Shown here: one piece after another, positions 11,070-24,229 of the stretch
Layout: each line of letters opens with the position of its first letter
Position numbering within the stretch: position 1 is the first letter of the stretch
NCBI GenBank assembly: GCA_030390025.1
Contig: CM059432.1
Span: forward strand, 54,562,001 to 54,626,000
Length of the DNA: 64,000 nucleotides
From: Squalus acanthias
Lineage: Eukaryota
Direction of reading: 5' to 3'
Program-made: the position numbers and the translations under genes
The notes under the pieces: generated by a model
Seen by the model: only the letters and a program-made list of their open reading frames with translations
What the model was told of the DNA's origin: nothing
Databases searched by the model: none

Positions 11070-11790
11070 CCATGGTTTCCATTTTATGGGACACTGGCAC
11101 CAGTTTGGGGGAAAATGGGAGCTATTCCACAAGGATGCGCTACATCTAAACAGGAAGGATCTGATGCACTGGCAAAATGGATAAATAAGGAAGTGGAGTC
11201 ATTTAAATTAGGAAGGAACAGAGTAGGAAGGAACAGAGCAGGAAAAATAAAACCAAAGAGGAAGTAGAGAAGATAGAAATCGATACCTTTGGTATGCTAA
11301 TTAAAAAGAATTTAGCAAAAGGGCTAGCATGAAGAAGGAACAAAGGGAGTAGAGGTGGATGACAAATCGACCAGTTATAAGGAAAAGACTGAGATAAAGG
11401 AAAAAGGTATTAGCTTTGACAAAAAAAATCAAGGGAAAAGACATAGCATTAAATGAAAATAAAAGATAAAGAAATATTCCAAAATTCTCATCGAATATAC
11501 ATTTCATTGAAAAATAAAAACTCCACAGGAAAAGTGATCCATCCGTGGCTAACTAAAGAAGTTAAGGATAGTATTAGATTAAAAGAAGAGGCTTATAATG
11601 TTGCGAAGAATAGTAGTAAGCGTGAGGATTGGGAGAGCTTTAGAAACCAGCAAAGGATGACCAAAAAATGCATTAAAAGGAAGAAAATAGAATGAGAGTA
11701 AACTAACAAGAAATATAAAAACAGATTGTAAGAGCTTCTACATGTATGTAAAAAGGAAGAGAGTAGCAAAAGTAAGCATTGGTCCCTTAA
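11070..11790 (+). mobile_element. Degraded CR1 fragments (ORF1 esterase-like C-terminus and ORF2 linker)
   Basis: FMGHWHQF.GKWELFHKDALHLNRK near 11085-11155; PWLTKEVKDSIRLKEEAY near 11545. Confidence 0.65.
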
Positions 11791-12060
11791 ATGTAATTTA
11801 TAGTTATTTTTAAAATGTGATGTTTTTTTTTCTATTTATTTGTAGTTTTAGGGATGTTTTGGGGCCGATCTGTATTCATAGATTTGACAGGTCTATGCCC
11901 TACACACTAACTATGCCCCTGGGATACGCAAGCACTGCACGCCGGCAGTTGGAGGAGGCCCAGGACCGGAATCCCCCGCGGGCCCAGGGGCAGGCGCGGT
12001 AGGTAGGTGCGCGCGCGATCCTTGCACCCGCGGGAAGCCAGGGAGCCGAATTTGTGGCCC
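11790..12060 (+). mobile_element. Right half of a Harbinger MITE related to 44647-45411
   Basis: Ends in CCCGCGGGAAGCC...CCGAATTTGTGGCCC; shares ATTCATAGATTTGACAGG and GGAGGAGGCCCAGGA with 45150-45411. Confidence 0.75.
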
Positions 12061-12644
12061 AGTGTATATTTAGAGATCAAAGATGAAATTGCCATTGTGG
12101 GTTGCACTACAAACCTTCTAATTGCGAGGAAAACGAAATAGTAAATCTGTAGACAGATCAGGGAAATGAGTGGGAATAACAAAATGATTGTTGTAGGAGA
12201 TTTTAATTACCGACTCATTGATTGGGACAGCGATGAAGCAATATGAGTAAAGATAACTGATTTCCTAAAATGTATGCTGGACTCCTTCCTCAAGCACTAT
12301 GTTCACATGCCCACAAGGGGAGAAACATTGCTGGATCTAGTTGTAGGTAACAAAATAGATCAGGTGGACATTAAGGGCTGGATTTTCCACCCGGATGTGG
12401 GATGGTGGCGGGTCCACTGTTTGGCGGGTTCCAGTCCCGCTCCCGGTTCCAGCCACCCTGCAATAATGATTTTCCCCAGATTGGCCTCATTAAGGACGCC
12501 ATGCACGCTACCCGGCCCAATCGGTGGGTGCGAGTCGGCTGATCGCGCTTGATGACGCGCTGGGAGCCTCTATATTTAAGGAGGCCATGTCCCCTTTGAT
12601 TAGTGCTTTCTTTTTTCTGCTTCCGAATGCTGGTTGCTGCAGGC

Positions 12645-14540
12645 ATAGCAGCGCAACGGACCAAGGCTGCTCCCCGGTTTGATGATGACACCCTCCATGC
12701 TCTTGTGGAGGGAGTAAGAGGACGCAAAGAGGTCCTCTTCTTTTCAGATGAAAGGAGGAAGCCTCCTCAGCACACAAAGGCAGCCTGGCTGCAAATTGCT
12801 GAGGAGGTCAGTGCAAGGTAAGTCTTTGCACGCACCTGGGTGCAGTGTAGGAAGAGGTTTAATGACCTGATGCGCTCAGCAAAAGTGAGTATAACACCAC
12901 ACTTACCTTCAATCTGCTTCCCATCTCTTCTCATCCCCATCACTCTGCATTGACAACCTACTCCTGCACATCCCAACTCACCCTAACATCCCTTGCACCC
13001 TCACCCATCCCTCTCTCTCTATGTACAGTATCATGTCACCATCTTACTATGCATCCTCACACTCACTCTCACTGTTATGCAATGACAACAACTAACAACG
13101 CACAGGGAGGCACCTTGGTATTGGCACCTCACTCCATCATAGTCTCCCTCTAAACATCTATGTTATCCATTCTTTATACTCCATCAGTCTCTCTGAAACT
13201 CCACTTGTGTCCCTCATTGCAGGAAAAGAGAGCCCACAATAAGAGGGAGAGGGGGAGGGCAGGAGGAGACTCACCATCCGTGGCGCATTTAACTAACGCT
13301 GAGGAGACAGCTCCGGAGATCGTGGGAGGTGCAAAGGACCTGGAAGTGGGGGAAGGAGAGACAGTACAGCAAGCTGGTGACAGAATTGACTTCCAACCCT
13401 CTGATTTTGCATTCATGAGTGACTGATATGGGATCTGACGTTCATAGAAATTGAGTGCTGATCATCTGCACAATGGGATGTGTCTGCAACCTACATATCA
13501 CATGTCTAACTCATGCCTTTACTCCCCCACAGGACCATCGAGAGCCCCCCTCCCCACTGTCCAGGAGCAAGAGCAGGAGGACTCCTCAGAGGAACCTCCA
13601 GGTTCTGAGGGAGCAGCGTCAGCAGAAATGAGCGCACCCAGCACCAGCGCAGATGCACACCTCGGTGGGACGTTTGCGAGATAGAGTAATGTTCTCACCT
13701 GGTGTATCACAGCTCACAAGTGAGCAGGAGCAGATGGTGGAGACAGGGACAGCAGAGGAGAGTCCTCGTCGGAGGGCGCTGGGCTCTCCAAGCTCTGTTA
13801 AGCTGCATGTGGACGCTGAGCCTCTGGGGCCATCCAGAAAGAGAGCGGTGCTGGAACTTCAGGAACAAGTGCAGGAGGCTCTGAGTGGGTTTGCAACCAC
13901 GGTAACTGCGAGTGTTCAGAGAATGGAGGAGTCCATGTCAAACATGAGCAATGCCATGGTGCATGCAATGGCAAATGTAGGTGCCGCCACGGAAAGGATG
14001 GCAACCGCCATGGAAGACATAAATCACCAGACACAAACCAACATGGTGACTCTTCCAGATAGATGGTCAGTTATGGAGGAAAGATTGGCATCTATCATGG
14101 AGAGGAACCAAAGGTACGTGGACGTCCCCGTTATGAGGACTGTCAGTACAGAGATGGGTCCACATGGTCCCACTGATGTGCAGCAAGGTGCTCTCCAGCT
14201 ACTTGTTAGCAGCGAAGTGCGGGTGACCCATGAGAGGGATGATGGTGGTCAAGAACAAGGAAGTGGGGGTTCCTCTCCAAGCGCTCACACTCCCATGCCA
14301 CTGCCGAGCCCTCGATCAGAGCCCCAGATTCCTCACCCAACAGAGATGGCCGACTCTGCCCCTGCACAGGAGGAGCAGACTTTGGCGGAGCCATCCAAAG
14401 TTCCCAAACCCAGGGGACGACCGTCAAAGGCATCTAAGCAGGTGCAGCAGGGGAGTGAGCAGGCTGCCTCTACATCTGCTGAAGCCACAGGGGAAGCACC
14501 ACGTAGAAGCACGCGTAAGAGAAAGCTAACACACAAATAG
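12645..14540 (+). pseudogene. Harbinger Myb/SANT-like protein gene, 3 exons (~12645-12884, 13223-13376, 13533-14540)
   Basis: APRFDDDTLHALVEGV...WLQIAEEV...RTWVQCRKRFNDL; canonical GT-AG introns; start codon mutated, nonsense codon in exon 1, frameshift near 13653. Confidence 0.85.
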
Positions 14541-14825
14541 TCACAAGGGTAGTCACTTGGGTGTTTTCATATAAACCAAAGTTACATTTGTGATCTTTAT
14601 TTTTATTGCATTAAAGTAATGCGATGTGAATGTTTCAATGCGTTGCCCTATGTGTGCTCAGAATTGGAAGTGGCACAGTGAGGGGTGAACACGCCTTTCA
14701 TCTGCAGTAATCATGGGGAGAGTGATAGGAATGCACAGTTCATTGTACAGATGCTGTATGGTGTGGAAGGAGGTCCTGCCAACCTTCATGTGCATGTGCC
14801 AGCCACATGTCTGTGCTGTGTAAAG

Positions 14826-16043
14826 TTAAGCGAATCTGGCATGGATTAGTCTATCCCTTGCCTCACGGCCAACAATGTGCTCGCGTGCTGGTGGCACTGA
14901 GACAGCCGCCTCCGCCAGGTCTTCCTCATCTGCAGCCTCATTTGGCTCTTCTCCTCCTCCTCCTCTGAGGAAACTGTGTGCTGTGCCACTTGTTCCTCAG
15001 GCAGCGGTAAGCCACGCTGCAGTGCGATGTTGTGCAGAGCACAGCAGACCACGATGATTCTGGACACACTGGCTGGTGTGTACTGTCGGGCTCCAGGCAT
15101 CTGAAGCACATTTGAGCAACGCTATGGTTTGTTCTATGATGCTTCTGGTGGAAATGTGGCTCTGATTGTAGCGCTCCTCAGCTTCGTTTGATGGCCTCCT
15201 TATCGGTGTCATTAACCATGTCTTCAGGGGATAGCCCTTGTCTCCAAGGAGCCATCCGGAAAGTTGGGTTGGCAGATTGAAGAGCTGAGGCGCAGTGAAC
15301 TGGCGCAGGATGTACGAGTCATGGCAGCTGCCAGGGAACTTTGCGCACACATGCATAGTGTTCTTCCTGTGGTTGCACACCAGCTAGACGTTAAGGGAGT
15401 GGAAGCCCTTGCAGTTCACAAATACAGCTGGGTTGTGATGGGGTGCCCTGATGGCCACATGGGTGCAGTCGATGACACCCTGCACCCTTGGGAAGCCTGC
15501 CAGATTGGCAAACCCACACGGTAACACTTGCTTCATTCATTGAGAAGTGGATGTATTCGGCCGACTTGGCAAACAGAGCATCGGTAACCTGCATTGTGCA
15601 TCTGTGGACGGCCAACTGGGAGATGCCACTGATGTCTGCTGCTGATCCCTGGAAGGACCCTGAAGCACAGAAGTTGAGGGCGGTGGTGACTTTGACAGCC
15701 ACTGGTAAGGAGTGTCCACCCGCTCCTCTGGGCTCCAGGTGTTGGTGCAGCATTGTACAGACGTCAGCGACTACCTCTCACGAAAGTCTCAGCCTCCTTT
15801 GGCACTGCTGCCCAGTTATGTTGAGGAAGCTCATCCTCTGCCTGTAAACCCTGTGTTGGAGGTATCTCCTGCGGTGAGGTGCAGCCCTGCGCTGACGCCC
15901 TCTGCCCTGTGCAGCATCAGGTGGCTGAGGAGAAGGTTGGCGCTCTTGTTGTTGTGCTGCTGGTGTGCCTGGTTCTGCTGCTGCTGCGGCTGCTCATCCT
16001 CTGAATCTGAGGACCAGGATGAGAGAATATAAATGGTTCCCAT
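14826..16043 (-). pseudogene. Harbinger (HARBI1-like) DDE transposase, frameshifted
   Basis: [43 protein letters not shown] and CCALHNI spread over several frames. Confidence 0.92.
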
Positions 16044-17261
16044 TCTGCTGGTATATATGTCAGTTTAGGATGAGATGTTATAAGCGCTCAGCCAATGTGG
16101 AGAGAGGTTATTCCAAGGAGGTCACTGTGTATATAGATTTCACAACACACACTTATGTTCAATACACCTGAAATATGTCTTCCAAATCCTGAAATCAGAA
16201 ATCAGAAAGTTCTGGCATCTGAAATTGAACTGTTGTGGCAGATTAGCTTTTATGCGACAGTTGCAGCTGTGAACTATTCAGCTTGTTGGAAGACTCGACA
16301 CAATCAGCTGGCGTGTTTGTCAAACGACGTGGAACGCGGTAAAAATGTGGATAAATTGAAAACCCTCTCAAAATAGCAGTTAACAAGTAGTTAAAAAGCT
16401 GTTAACTACCTTAAGTGCCTCTCCCGCCACTTGGTGTCGGGTCTGATCTGAAGTCGCAGACCCGACACTTTGGAAAGTCACGTGGAGGCAGGTTCGCGGT
16501 GGGTTCACAACCCGCCATCAATCATGTTGGATTTAACTCCTGACCTGCCTCCAAACCTGCCTTCTGAGCACCAGCAAAATCGCAGCCTAAATGTGGGTAA
16601 GCATCTCAGGAGTAGTGACCAGTATATATTAAAGTTTAATGTCCAAATAGAAAGGGATAAAAGCTTACAGAAACAAGGACACCAGATTTTAATAAGACAG
16701 ACTTTGGAACGATTAGGAGTGAGCTGGCTGAGGTGAGCTGGAAAGGGAAATTGGCACACACAACTGTAGACAAACAATGGGATATTTTTAGAAAAGGAGA
16801 TTGCAAAGGTGCAGAATAAATATTTATCATTAAAAAGGAGAGTACTTCAAGTTTCAGAATACCGTGGCTAAATAAATAGGTTCAAAACAACCTAAAATTG
16901 AAGAACAAAGCATATGGGGGCATATAGGTATGATAAAATGAGAGAGAATGGCCTAGAAATTGGATATGGCCCGAAAATGGGCGGTGTCATCGCCCAGCAC
17001 TATTTGGCTGCGCCTGTTCTAAGTGGTCCGGGCAGCACGCAAAATTCGTGCTGCCTGCTCATTTACATGATTGGAGTGCTGATCGCAGCGCTAAACGCGC
17101 AGTTGATTGGCTTACCGCTCAACAGGTGGGCCAATATTGGGTGCAATCTAATGGCCATTAATGTTTGGTCTAGTCTTTCTCCACTACTTAAAGGGGAGGT
17201 ACTTTGATGTAGCAGCACTTCATTGTCATTGGAGTTGGAGCTGGAATTGCAGTTGGAACGC

Positions 17262-18975
17262 ATGGCTCAGCAGCAGAAAAGAGAACGAGCCAGAAGGTTC
17301 TCCGATGCGACTCTGGAGGCATTGGTACTGGCCGTGGAGAAGAGACGGGCTGTCCTGTTCCCGCAGAGTGGCAGGAAGCCATCAGTGCATACATCAAGAA
17401 GGCTGTGGCAAGAGATAGCTGGGTACCTCACGGCCAACAGTGTCGCACTGAGGACATGGATCCAGTGCCGCAAGAATTTAATGACCTTACACAAGTGGTC
17501 AAGGTGAGTGAAGGCTTCAGAAAATGCCATATCCCACAAACTGCACCACAAGCCTCACACACTGCTCAATGCAGCACACCCCCATCACTCACCTACCAAC
17601 AATCTCTAAGTTTCACCACTCAGACCTCATAATCATAGCTTCACTTCACCCTCACAACCGTACCACTGCTGCAAAACTCAAACCCACATCTCACACCTTG
17701 CACACACTGACAGCTATTCAACTATGGCAGGCACATCACCCAAACACATTGCAGTACACTCAATGACACACTTCCCTTTCTCTTGTAGGCCAAGGTGGCT
17801 CACAATCACCGCGAACAGCGGCAGATGGGAGGCGGCCAAGCCGCTTTACAGGCGTTGAGCCAACTGGAGCAGTCGGTGCTCGACATCATTGGCGGAGAAG
17901 TCACCAAGGCCGTGGCAACGGGCGAAGTTGAAGCCCTTGTGGACAATAACGGTCTGCTCATTCCTAATCCTTCTTCTCACATCCCCCTCATCCCACAATC
18001 TCTTACAAGCTGCTGATGTCGTACGCATGGATATCTTTCTTTCCCCGCCCCTTCCCTCACCATAACCCAACTCTTGTGCCTTTCTGCTTTCAGATACCCA
18101 AGAACTGCCACCCACACATCCTGTCCCCGAAGTAATGGAGGAGAATGGAGATGAAGAAGAAGGCAGACCGTCACTGCATCAGACACTAACAGACACCAGC
18201 TCAGAAACTGGCACTGCGCAGAATGTAGAGGGTAGTATAGATGTGGGATCTGCACATGGTGAGTGGGCTGCAGCAAGGTCAGGGGGAAAGGGTAGCTTGG
18301 GGGTCGGTTCTGCGGAGGGTGAGTTCGCGCATGAGTTCTGCTGCATAGGACTCAGATGATGACCTCGATGGGGCGGCCTTCAGAAGAAGGGTGATGGACA
18401 TGCACACCGAAATGCTAGGTGCAATGGCAAGCCTGCCAGAGCGCCTCCTGCCAATGTCAAGGAGCATGGAGGAGTCTGACTCCAACATTGGACGGGGCTT
18501 TGCTGGAAATGATATACAACTCCAGGAGAGACCTTGTGAGCCCAGCCATGATGCTGCGTGCAATAGGCAATGCTGCGGCTTCCACTGCAGCACAGGCGGG
18601 AGCGACCTAACTTCTCAGTCCTGCAGCGGAAGTGCAGATTGCTCTTCTCCAGGCACAGCTTGCTGCCACCCAAGCTCAGACTGCTGCCATCGTGGCTGGG
18701 TCTACTACCGTCGAAAGGGGCTTGCAGGGTGTCGCAGCAGGCCAGCAATCTGTGATCCAACAGATTGCTAGGAATGCTGAGGCGCCGCCCCGGGGAAGTG
18801 GCAGTGGGTCTGTGGAGCAAGAACCTGCCGTCCTCTGTCACGATGACAGCATTTCTGCTCCCACCACTGCCACTCCACCATTGCCCTTGCCACTGCCTGT
18901 CAGCCAGCCAGCCGAATCTGCTGTTGCCCATGCTGAGGTGGTGCAGTCTACAGCTGGGCCTTCTAGGTCCACAGG
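17262..18975 (+). pseudogene. Harbinger Myb-like gene, second subfamily (exons 17262-17503, 17789-17951, 18094-~18975)
   Basis: RARRFSDATLEALVLAVEKRRAVLFP...LWQEIA...RTWIQCRK; GT-AG introns; frameshifts; 3' truncated. Confidence 0.82.
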
Positions 18976-20875
18976 CCCCCGAGCTACCCTTTCCCCCTAG
19001 CCTTGCTGAGCCCACTCGTGCCCGGTGCCTCACTATGTACAGGTCCCACATCTATACTACTATCTACATTCCGAGTAGTGCCAGTTTCTGAGCTGGTGTC
19101 TTCAAGTGTCAGATGCAGTGACAGTGTGTCTTCTTCTTCTTCTCCACTTTCCTCCATAGCATGAGGGACAGGCTGGGCTGCTGGCAGTTCTTGGGTATCT
19201 GAAAGCAGAAAGGCACAAAAGTCGGGTTGTGGTGAGGGGAGGGGGAGGAAAGCAAGATATCAATCCATAGAGCATCAGCAGCTTGTAAGTGAGAAGAGAT
19301 TGTGGGATGAGGGGGAAATGAGATGCGAGAAGAAGGATTAGGAATGATCATACTATCATTGTCAGCAAGGGTTTCAACTTCTCCCATTGTCACAGCCTCA
19401 GATTCCCCTCCAATGATGTCGAGCACAAACTACTCCAGTTGGCTCAAGGCCTGTAAAGCGGTTTGGCCGCCTCCCATCTGCCGTTGTTCCAGCGGTTATG
19501 AGCCACCTTGGCCTGCAAGAGAAAGGGAAGTGAGTCAGTGAGAGGGCGATTTTGCCAGGCCTGGGAAGCGGGTTTGGAGGTGGGACTGCCGGGAAAATGG
19601 CAGAATCTGGGGGCGGGTACCCATCCCGCCTTCGTTCCATCTTCCCAGGAGGCGGGTAGCCGACCTGCGCCAGGTCCCGTCTCCTGGAGGCGGGAAGGGG
19701 ATTACAGCCACTTAACTGCCTGTTAACAGGTAGTTAACAGGCAGTTAAGAAGATTATCCCCATTTTTCCAACAGAGGTGCAGGCTTCCCAATGTCGGGAA
19801 ACCCCGTCAGGGTCAGTGAGGCGAGCAGTGGGTCTGCGGGGGTGAGAGGGGTCCAAAAGTGCGCTGTGGAGGTGAGTGATGGGTGCAAGTGTGGAGAGGT
19901 AAGTATGTGAGGTGAGTGAAAAGTGATAGAAAAAGTTTCCTTACCTTTGTTTCTTCCTGCAGGCTTCAATCGTTGAGGATCCGGAGGCTCCGGCATCTCC
20001 ACGGCAGAGATGACAGAATGGCTGCTGCATTCTCCGATGCAACAGCCATCTGCTTTCTGCTCAGGAAATAGGTTTGTTGAGTCTTGAGTACAAGAACTCA
20101 CCAAACAACAGAGAATGTCAGTGTTTGACAGCTTCTCAAAGCTGTCAAACGATGACAATTCATCTGTCAAAACATTTTGACAGATGAAACGTCATACGCT
20201 GACATTCTCTGTCACCGACTTTCCCTTAATTGGCCTGCTAAGCCCGCTGGGCTGGCTTAACAAGGTCAATCAAGGGAAAATAGCATGAGTTGGCCAGATG
20301 TCGATGGAGGCAGGACTGAAACCCGACAAGCAGCAGTCCCACCTCCAACGCGCCCTCATTGGCAAAATCACCCCCTGAGTGTAGTGTAATGTGTTTGGGT
20401 GATATGCCTGTCATAGTTGAATAGCTGTCAGTGTGTGCAAGGTGTGAGATGTGGATATGAGTGTTGCAGCAGTGGTAAGGTTGTGAGGGTGAAGTGCAGC
20501 CTTGATTGTGAGCTATGAGTGGTGATAGGTAGAGTTTGTAGGTGAATGATGGGGGTGTGGTGCATTGAGCAGTGTAAGGCTTGAGGGGCAGATGGTGGAA
20601 TATGGCATTTGCTGAAGCCTTCACTCACCTTGAGCTGCCGTGTGAGGTCATTAAACTTCTTTCGGCACTGTATCCATGTCCTTGGCCCACACTATTGACC
20701 ATGACGTACCCAGCTATCTCCTGCCAGAGCCTTCTACTGTTAGCCTTTGATGGCTTCCTGACACCCTGTGGGAGCAGGACATCCCACCTTCTCTCAACTG
20801 TCACTACCAAGACCTTGAGTGCAGCATCCAAAAACCTTCTGGCTCTCTCTGTGGGTTGTTCTTGCTGTGCTATGG
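18976..20875 (-). pseudogene. Harbinger Myb-like gene, truncated inverted copy
   Basis: RARRFLDAALKVLVVTVERRWDVLLP...LWQEIA; exon 2 and the start of exon 3 align to the + arm. Confidence 0.8.
19542..20375. mobile_element. Harbinger-type MITE (834 bp) in Myb intron 1
   Basis: TIRs GAGGGCGATTTTGCCA / TGGCAAAATCACCCCC; TSD TGA (19539-19541, 20376-20378). Confidence 0.85.
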
Positions 20876-21653
20876 CTTCAGTCTGCAATGACAATGAGGT
20901 GCTACTGCAACGAAGCACCTCCCCTTTAAGTAGTGCAGAGAACCTATGCCAAACATTATTGGCCTGCTTGTGATATTGCACCCCGACCCCCCCCACCCCC
21001 ACCGTTGAGCGCTAAGCCAAGCAGCGGCGCACAATCATTATAATGGGCAGGCAGCACAAATTCTGTGTGCTGCCTGGATCACTTTCAACAGGCGCAGGCA
21101 AATAGCGCTGACCATTGACACCGCCTGTTTTTGGGCCGAATCCAATTTCTAGGCCATAGAATCTGTAAATCTGCAACAGGAAGGGTAGCAAATTGGCTTT
21201 AAAAACTGGTAGAAAGGGAGGAAACGAAGAGTAGAAGGTAACAGGCAGTTTCTCAGAGTGGCTGGATATGGGTAGTGGTGTCCCACAGGGTTCCATTCTG
21301 GGGCCGCTTCTGTAAATTATGTACATCAAGGATTTGAATATTGGGCTAGAGATTGTGGTGTCCAAATTTGCAGATGATATCAAAATAGGACACGTATAAC
21401 TGATACTCAGGATGTAAGGAAGTTGCAAGGAGATACTGATAAGATGGTGAAATTGGAAAAAGTGGCAGATGGAATTCAATGTTTGTGTAAGATGGTACGT
21501 TTTGGTAATAAAAAGTAATAATTTACTTGAATGGGGGAAGGTTGTGTGATGTAGAAGAGCAGAGGGATTGGGGGTTCATGTTCACAAGACATTAAAAGCA
21601 GCACCTCAAGTGTTTAAGGTAATGAAATATTGGGTTTTATGGCAAGAAGTATA

Positions 21654-22000
21654 GGCCGAGAAATTCCATACCTGTGCGCTGGCCATTAACGCTGGCTTGC
21701 TGCAATAAAATGGCAGCCGCCTCGCTTCCAGCCGCCTCCGGCACAGGACAGGGTGGCCACCATTTTGCTAAGGGGCATAGCACTGCCGTTGACAGCGCTG
21801 GCCCCTGCAGATCGTGACATCAATCGCGTGCAACGCCGACTTGACGCCACGTCTGCAAACTTCGACGTTCTCACTCTGTTTAACGCCTCGTCCTAAGCTC
21901 GCTCAGAAAAACGTGCATGGAGCAGCCCTGCAGAGATGCTGTCAGCGCTTCTTAAAGAGACACAAGCACCTTTCAGATAAGTTTGGATTTAAGCTTTTGG
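21654..22000. mobile_element. Harbinger-type terminal fragment
   Basis: Starts GGCCGAGAAATTCC; CpG-rich; no matching other end found. Confidence 0.5.
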
Positions 22001-22352
22001 ACTTTGTAAAAAATATTTTTGTCACTCTCCCCATTCCTCCAACAAGATCCTCATTGTTTACCACTCCTTGAGACCTTCACCATTTTCTGTTATTCAGATT
22101 TGGATTATGAACTAACTACAGCAAAACTGCTGCAGAACTATCAATTAATCTATTTGCTTCAAGCATACCAAAAGAAAAGGAATTGGGACATTATTATCTA
22201 AGACTTTGCAAGATCTTACTACATTTTATTAGTTTGCATATTAGACAAGACTTTATAAATATTGCTGTGATATTATTTATGAATTATGAAGGATTCTGAA
22301 TAGCAAATTACACACAACAGAGTCAGCAGAAGGCTGTGATACAGAGTTATTA

Positions 22353-23057
22353 GGGGTAATTTTAACCGCAAAAAATGAGTGGGTTGGGGTCGAGTAGGAA
22401 GTAAAAAATTTTAAAATCTCAAACCCGACTTCAACCCGCCTCCAACCCGTGCACTTCCGGTTTGAACGGAGGCCCGACAGGGTGTGGGCAACCAACCCGC
22501 TCACAGGAGATGGGTTGGCCATTTAAATATTATAATGAGGCTGCGTGCCTCTTATTTAACTTGTGTTCCAGGTTTAATGCTGGCAGGCCCAGTTTGGAAA
22601 CCCAGCAGCTAAAGGGAGGCGAGGACTTCTTTGTGGAAAAGATAAGTGCTCTTTCAGCACTGCTTGTGTGCCAGGAGGAGCAGGAGTGCTTCCCCCGGCC
22701 CACCAAGCTTACCTTCTTCCCCCCCGCCCGCCATCAGACACCCCACCCCATCCAAAGACCCCCCGTGATCGGAACACCACCCCCCAGGATCGGTGATCTG
22801 ACGCCCTTCCCAGGGATCGGCGACCACCCCGCCCCTAAGATCCGGACTCCCACGCTCCCACTATTGCAACTGCAGGCTCCCTACCTGCTCTTGGGGCTGT
22901 GGCCTCCTCCAGAATGTTACCCGCCCAACAAGGAGCCAAGCCTGTCAATCAGGCCGGCTTCCGGGCAGGGAACCTGCTAGAAAAGATGCACGCTGTGGAC
23001 ACCCAAACTAAACTCCTCCCCCCGCTCACAGAACCCACCCCAGTCAATATCGGGGTC
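22353..23057 (+). mobile_element. Harbinger-type MITE, family C
   Basis: Starts GGGGTAATTTTAACC; internal similarity (GGAAACCC.GCAGCTAAAGGG, GATAAGTGCT.TT.CAGCACTGCTTGTG) to the reverse complement of 24230-24984. Confidence 0.65.
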
Positions 23058-24229
23058 ATTGTATCCCTTTCCTGAGATTGAGCAGTCATGCAATCATGCG
23101 CTCTGGTTGTACGAGATGTTTCCTTGCTGATCTTTGATTTTCCTGTGCAGTATATTTCTTCTCTTGTGTTGATATTTCACTTCAGCAACCATTTTTCTTT
23201 TGCAATTATCCTCTGAGCTCAGTTCACTCATGAATATCAATTGACTTTATGACAATAATGACCCATGCTTTTTAACAGCCCTCTGGTCAATAACATTAAC
23301 CTGAAAATTATCATTTACTCTGCAATATCATCATGAGAACATTTATTACATTTGTATCAAATTCCTGTTATTCTGACAAGAGGGATAAATCCCAAAGGAT
23401 TAAAGTCACTGTTAAAGTAACAAAGGAATTTGATATGAATTTGTTAATCTTTTGTATGATCATATTTACAATACAAAAGATAAATTTCCCTGAAATGTGT
23501 TGTGAGTTTTGTCTAAGCTGTCATTTGCTGTCATAACCACATTAAATCACATCATTTGCACAGGTCACCTTTGAATAATAACAACTTTCCTCTGAATGTG
23601 CTGCCCACAGAACTTTAAACCCTGGTGAAATTGAAAGTAATTGCAATTGGTCCAATGTGTTTTAATACTAAAATGTTCTTCATGTATTAAGTTTCAAGCC
23701 AGCACCAATTTTTCCCCATTCCTACATTGTGAAGTGGTGAAATAACAAGAAAACCATATTCAGTTCAGAATGGCTTAGAATTTAGCATTGGAATCCCAGC
23801 ACCCTTGTAATAGAAATTTTCCTGTGGAAACTACACTTGTTATAATAATGGGAATTGCAAGCGTAATGTGACAAGTGCAGACTGGAACGGAACTGTGACA
23901 CTTTAGAGTCCTTGTGCACACTTGTAGCTAGCATGTGAAACAGGCTGTTTATACAGCCTGTCTTAATAAATATCTTATGGAAATATTGGCAACTTACATA
24001 TTCATAACTGCATCAGTAATCTTTACCCTGCAGTAGTAGCAACAACTACCAAAATATATTGTTTGGATCTGAATTATTCATATTATTCGCATATTGCTGA
24101 AAAATAACCCCATGAACTATTTAATTAATTAGCATATTGTGAAATATTAGCATTGGCGCAATTTGATTGCATAGCATGAAAATACTATAGCTAGAAAGAA
24201 AAACAATCTTAAAGCAGGCTTCAGACACA

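Larger units (their letters stand above)
12375..16587. mobile_element. Full-length two-gene PIF/Harbinger transposon (decayed)
   Basis: Termini GGGCTGGATTTT / AAAATCGCAGCC; TSD TAA (12372-12374, 16588-16590); convergent Myb-like and transposase genes. Confidence 0.92.
16950..21155. mobile_element. Inverted composite of two Myb-side Harbinger halves, no transposase
   Basis: Both ends are the same terminus (GGCCTAGAAATTGGAT.TGGCCC / GGGCCGAATCCAATTTCTAGGCC); + arm 16950-~18975, - arm ~18976-21155. Confidence 0.8.
12061..21653 (+). mobile_element. Old CR1 ORF2 scaffold broken into 12061-12374, 16588-16949 and 21156-21653
   Basis: Endonuclease motif LDLVVGNKIDQVDI|NVGKHLRSSDQ is rejoined across the 12375-16587 insertion; RT motifs GVPQGSILGP and SKFADD at 21275-21380. 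Confidence 0.8.

Noticed and set aside
13653..14540. Standalone 295-aa host coiled-coil protein (also the ORFs at 35036-36127 and 52497-53345)
   Set aside because: These are exon 3 of the transposon Myb-like gene in different copies
22098..22300. Plus-strand exon after TTTTCTGTTATTCAG
   Set aside because: All three frames contain stops and no convincing donor follows
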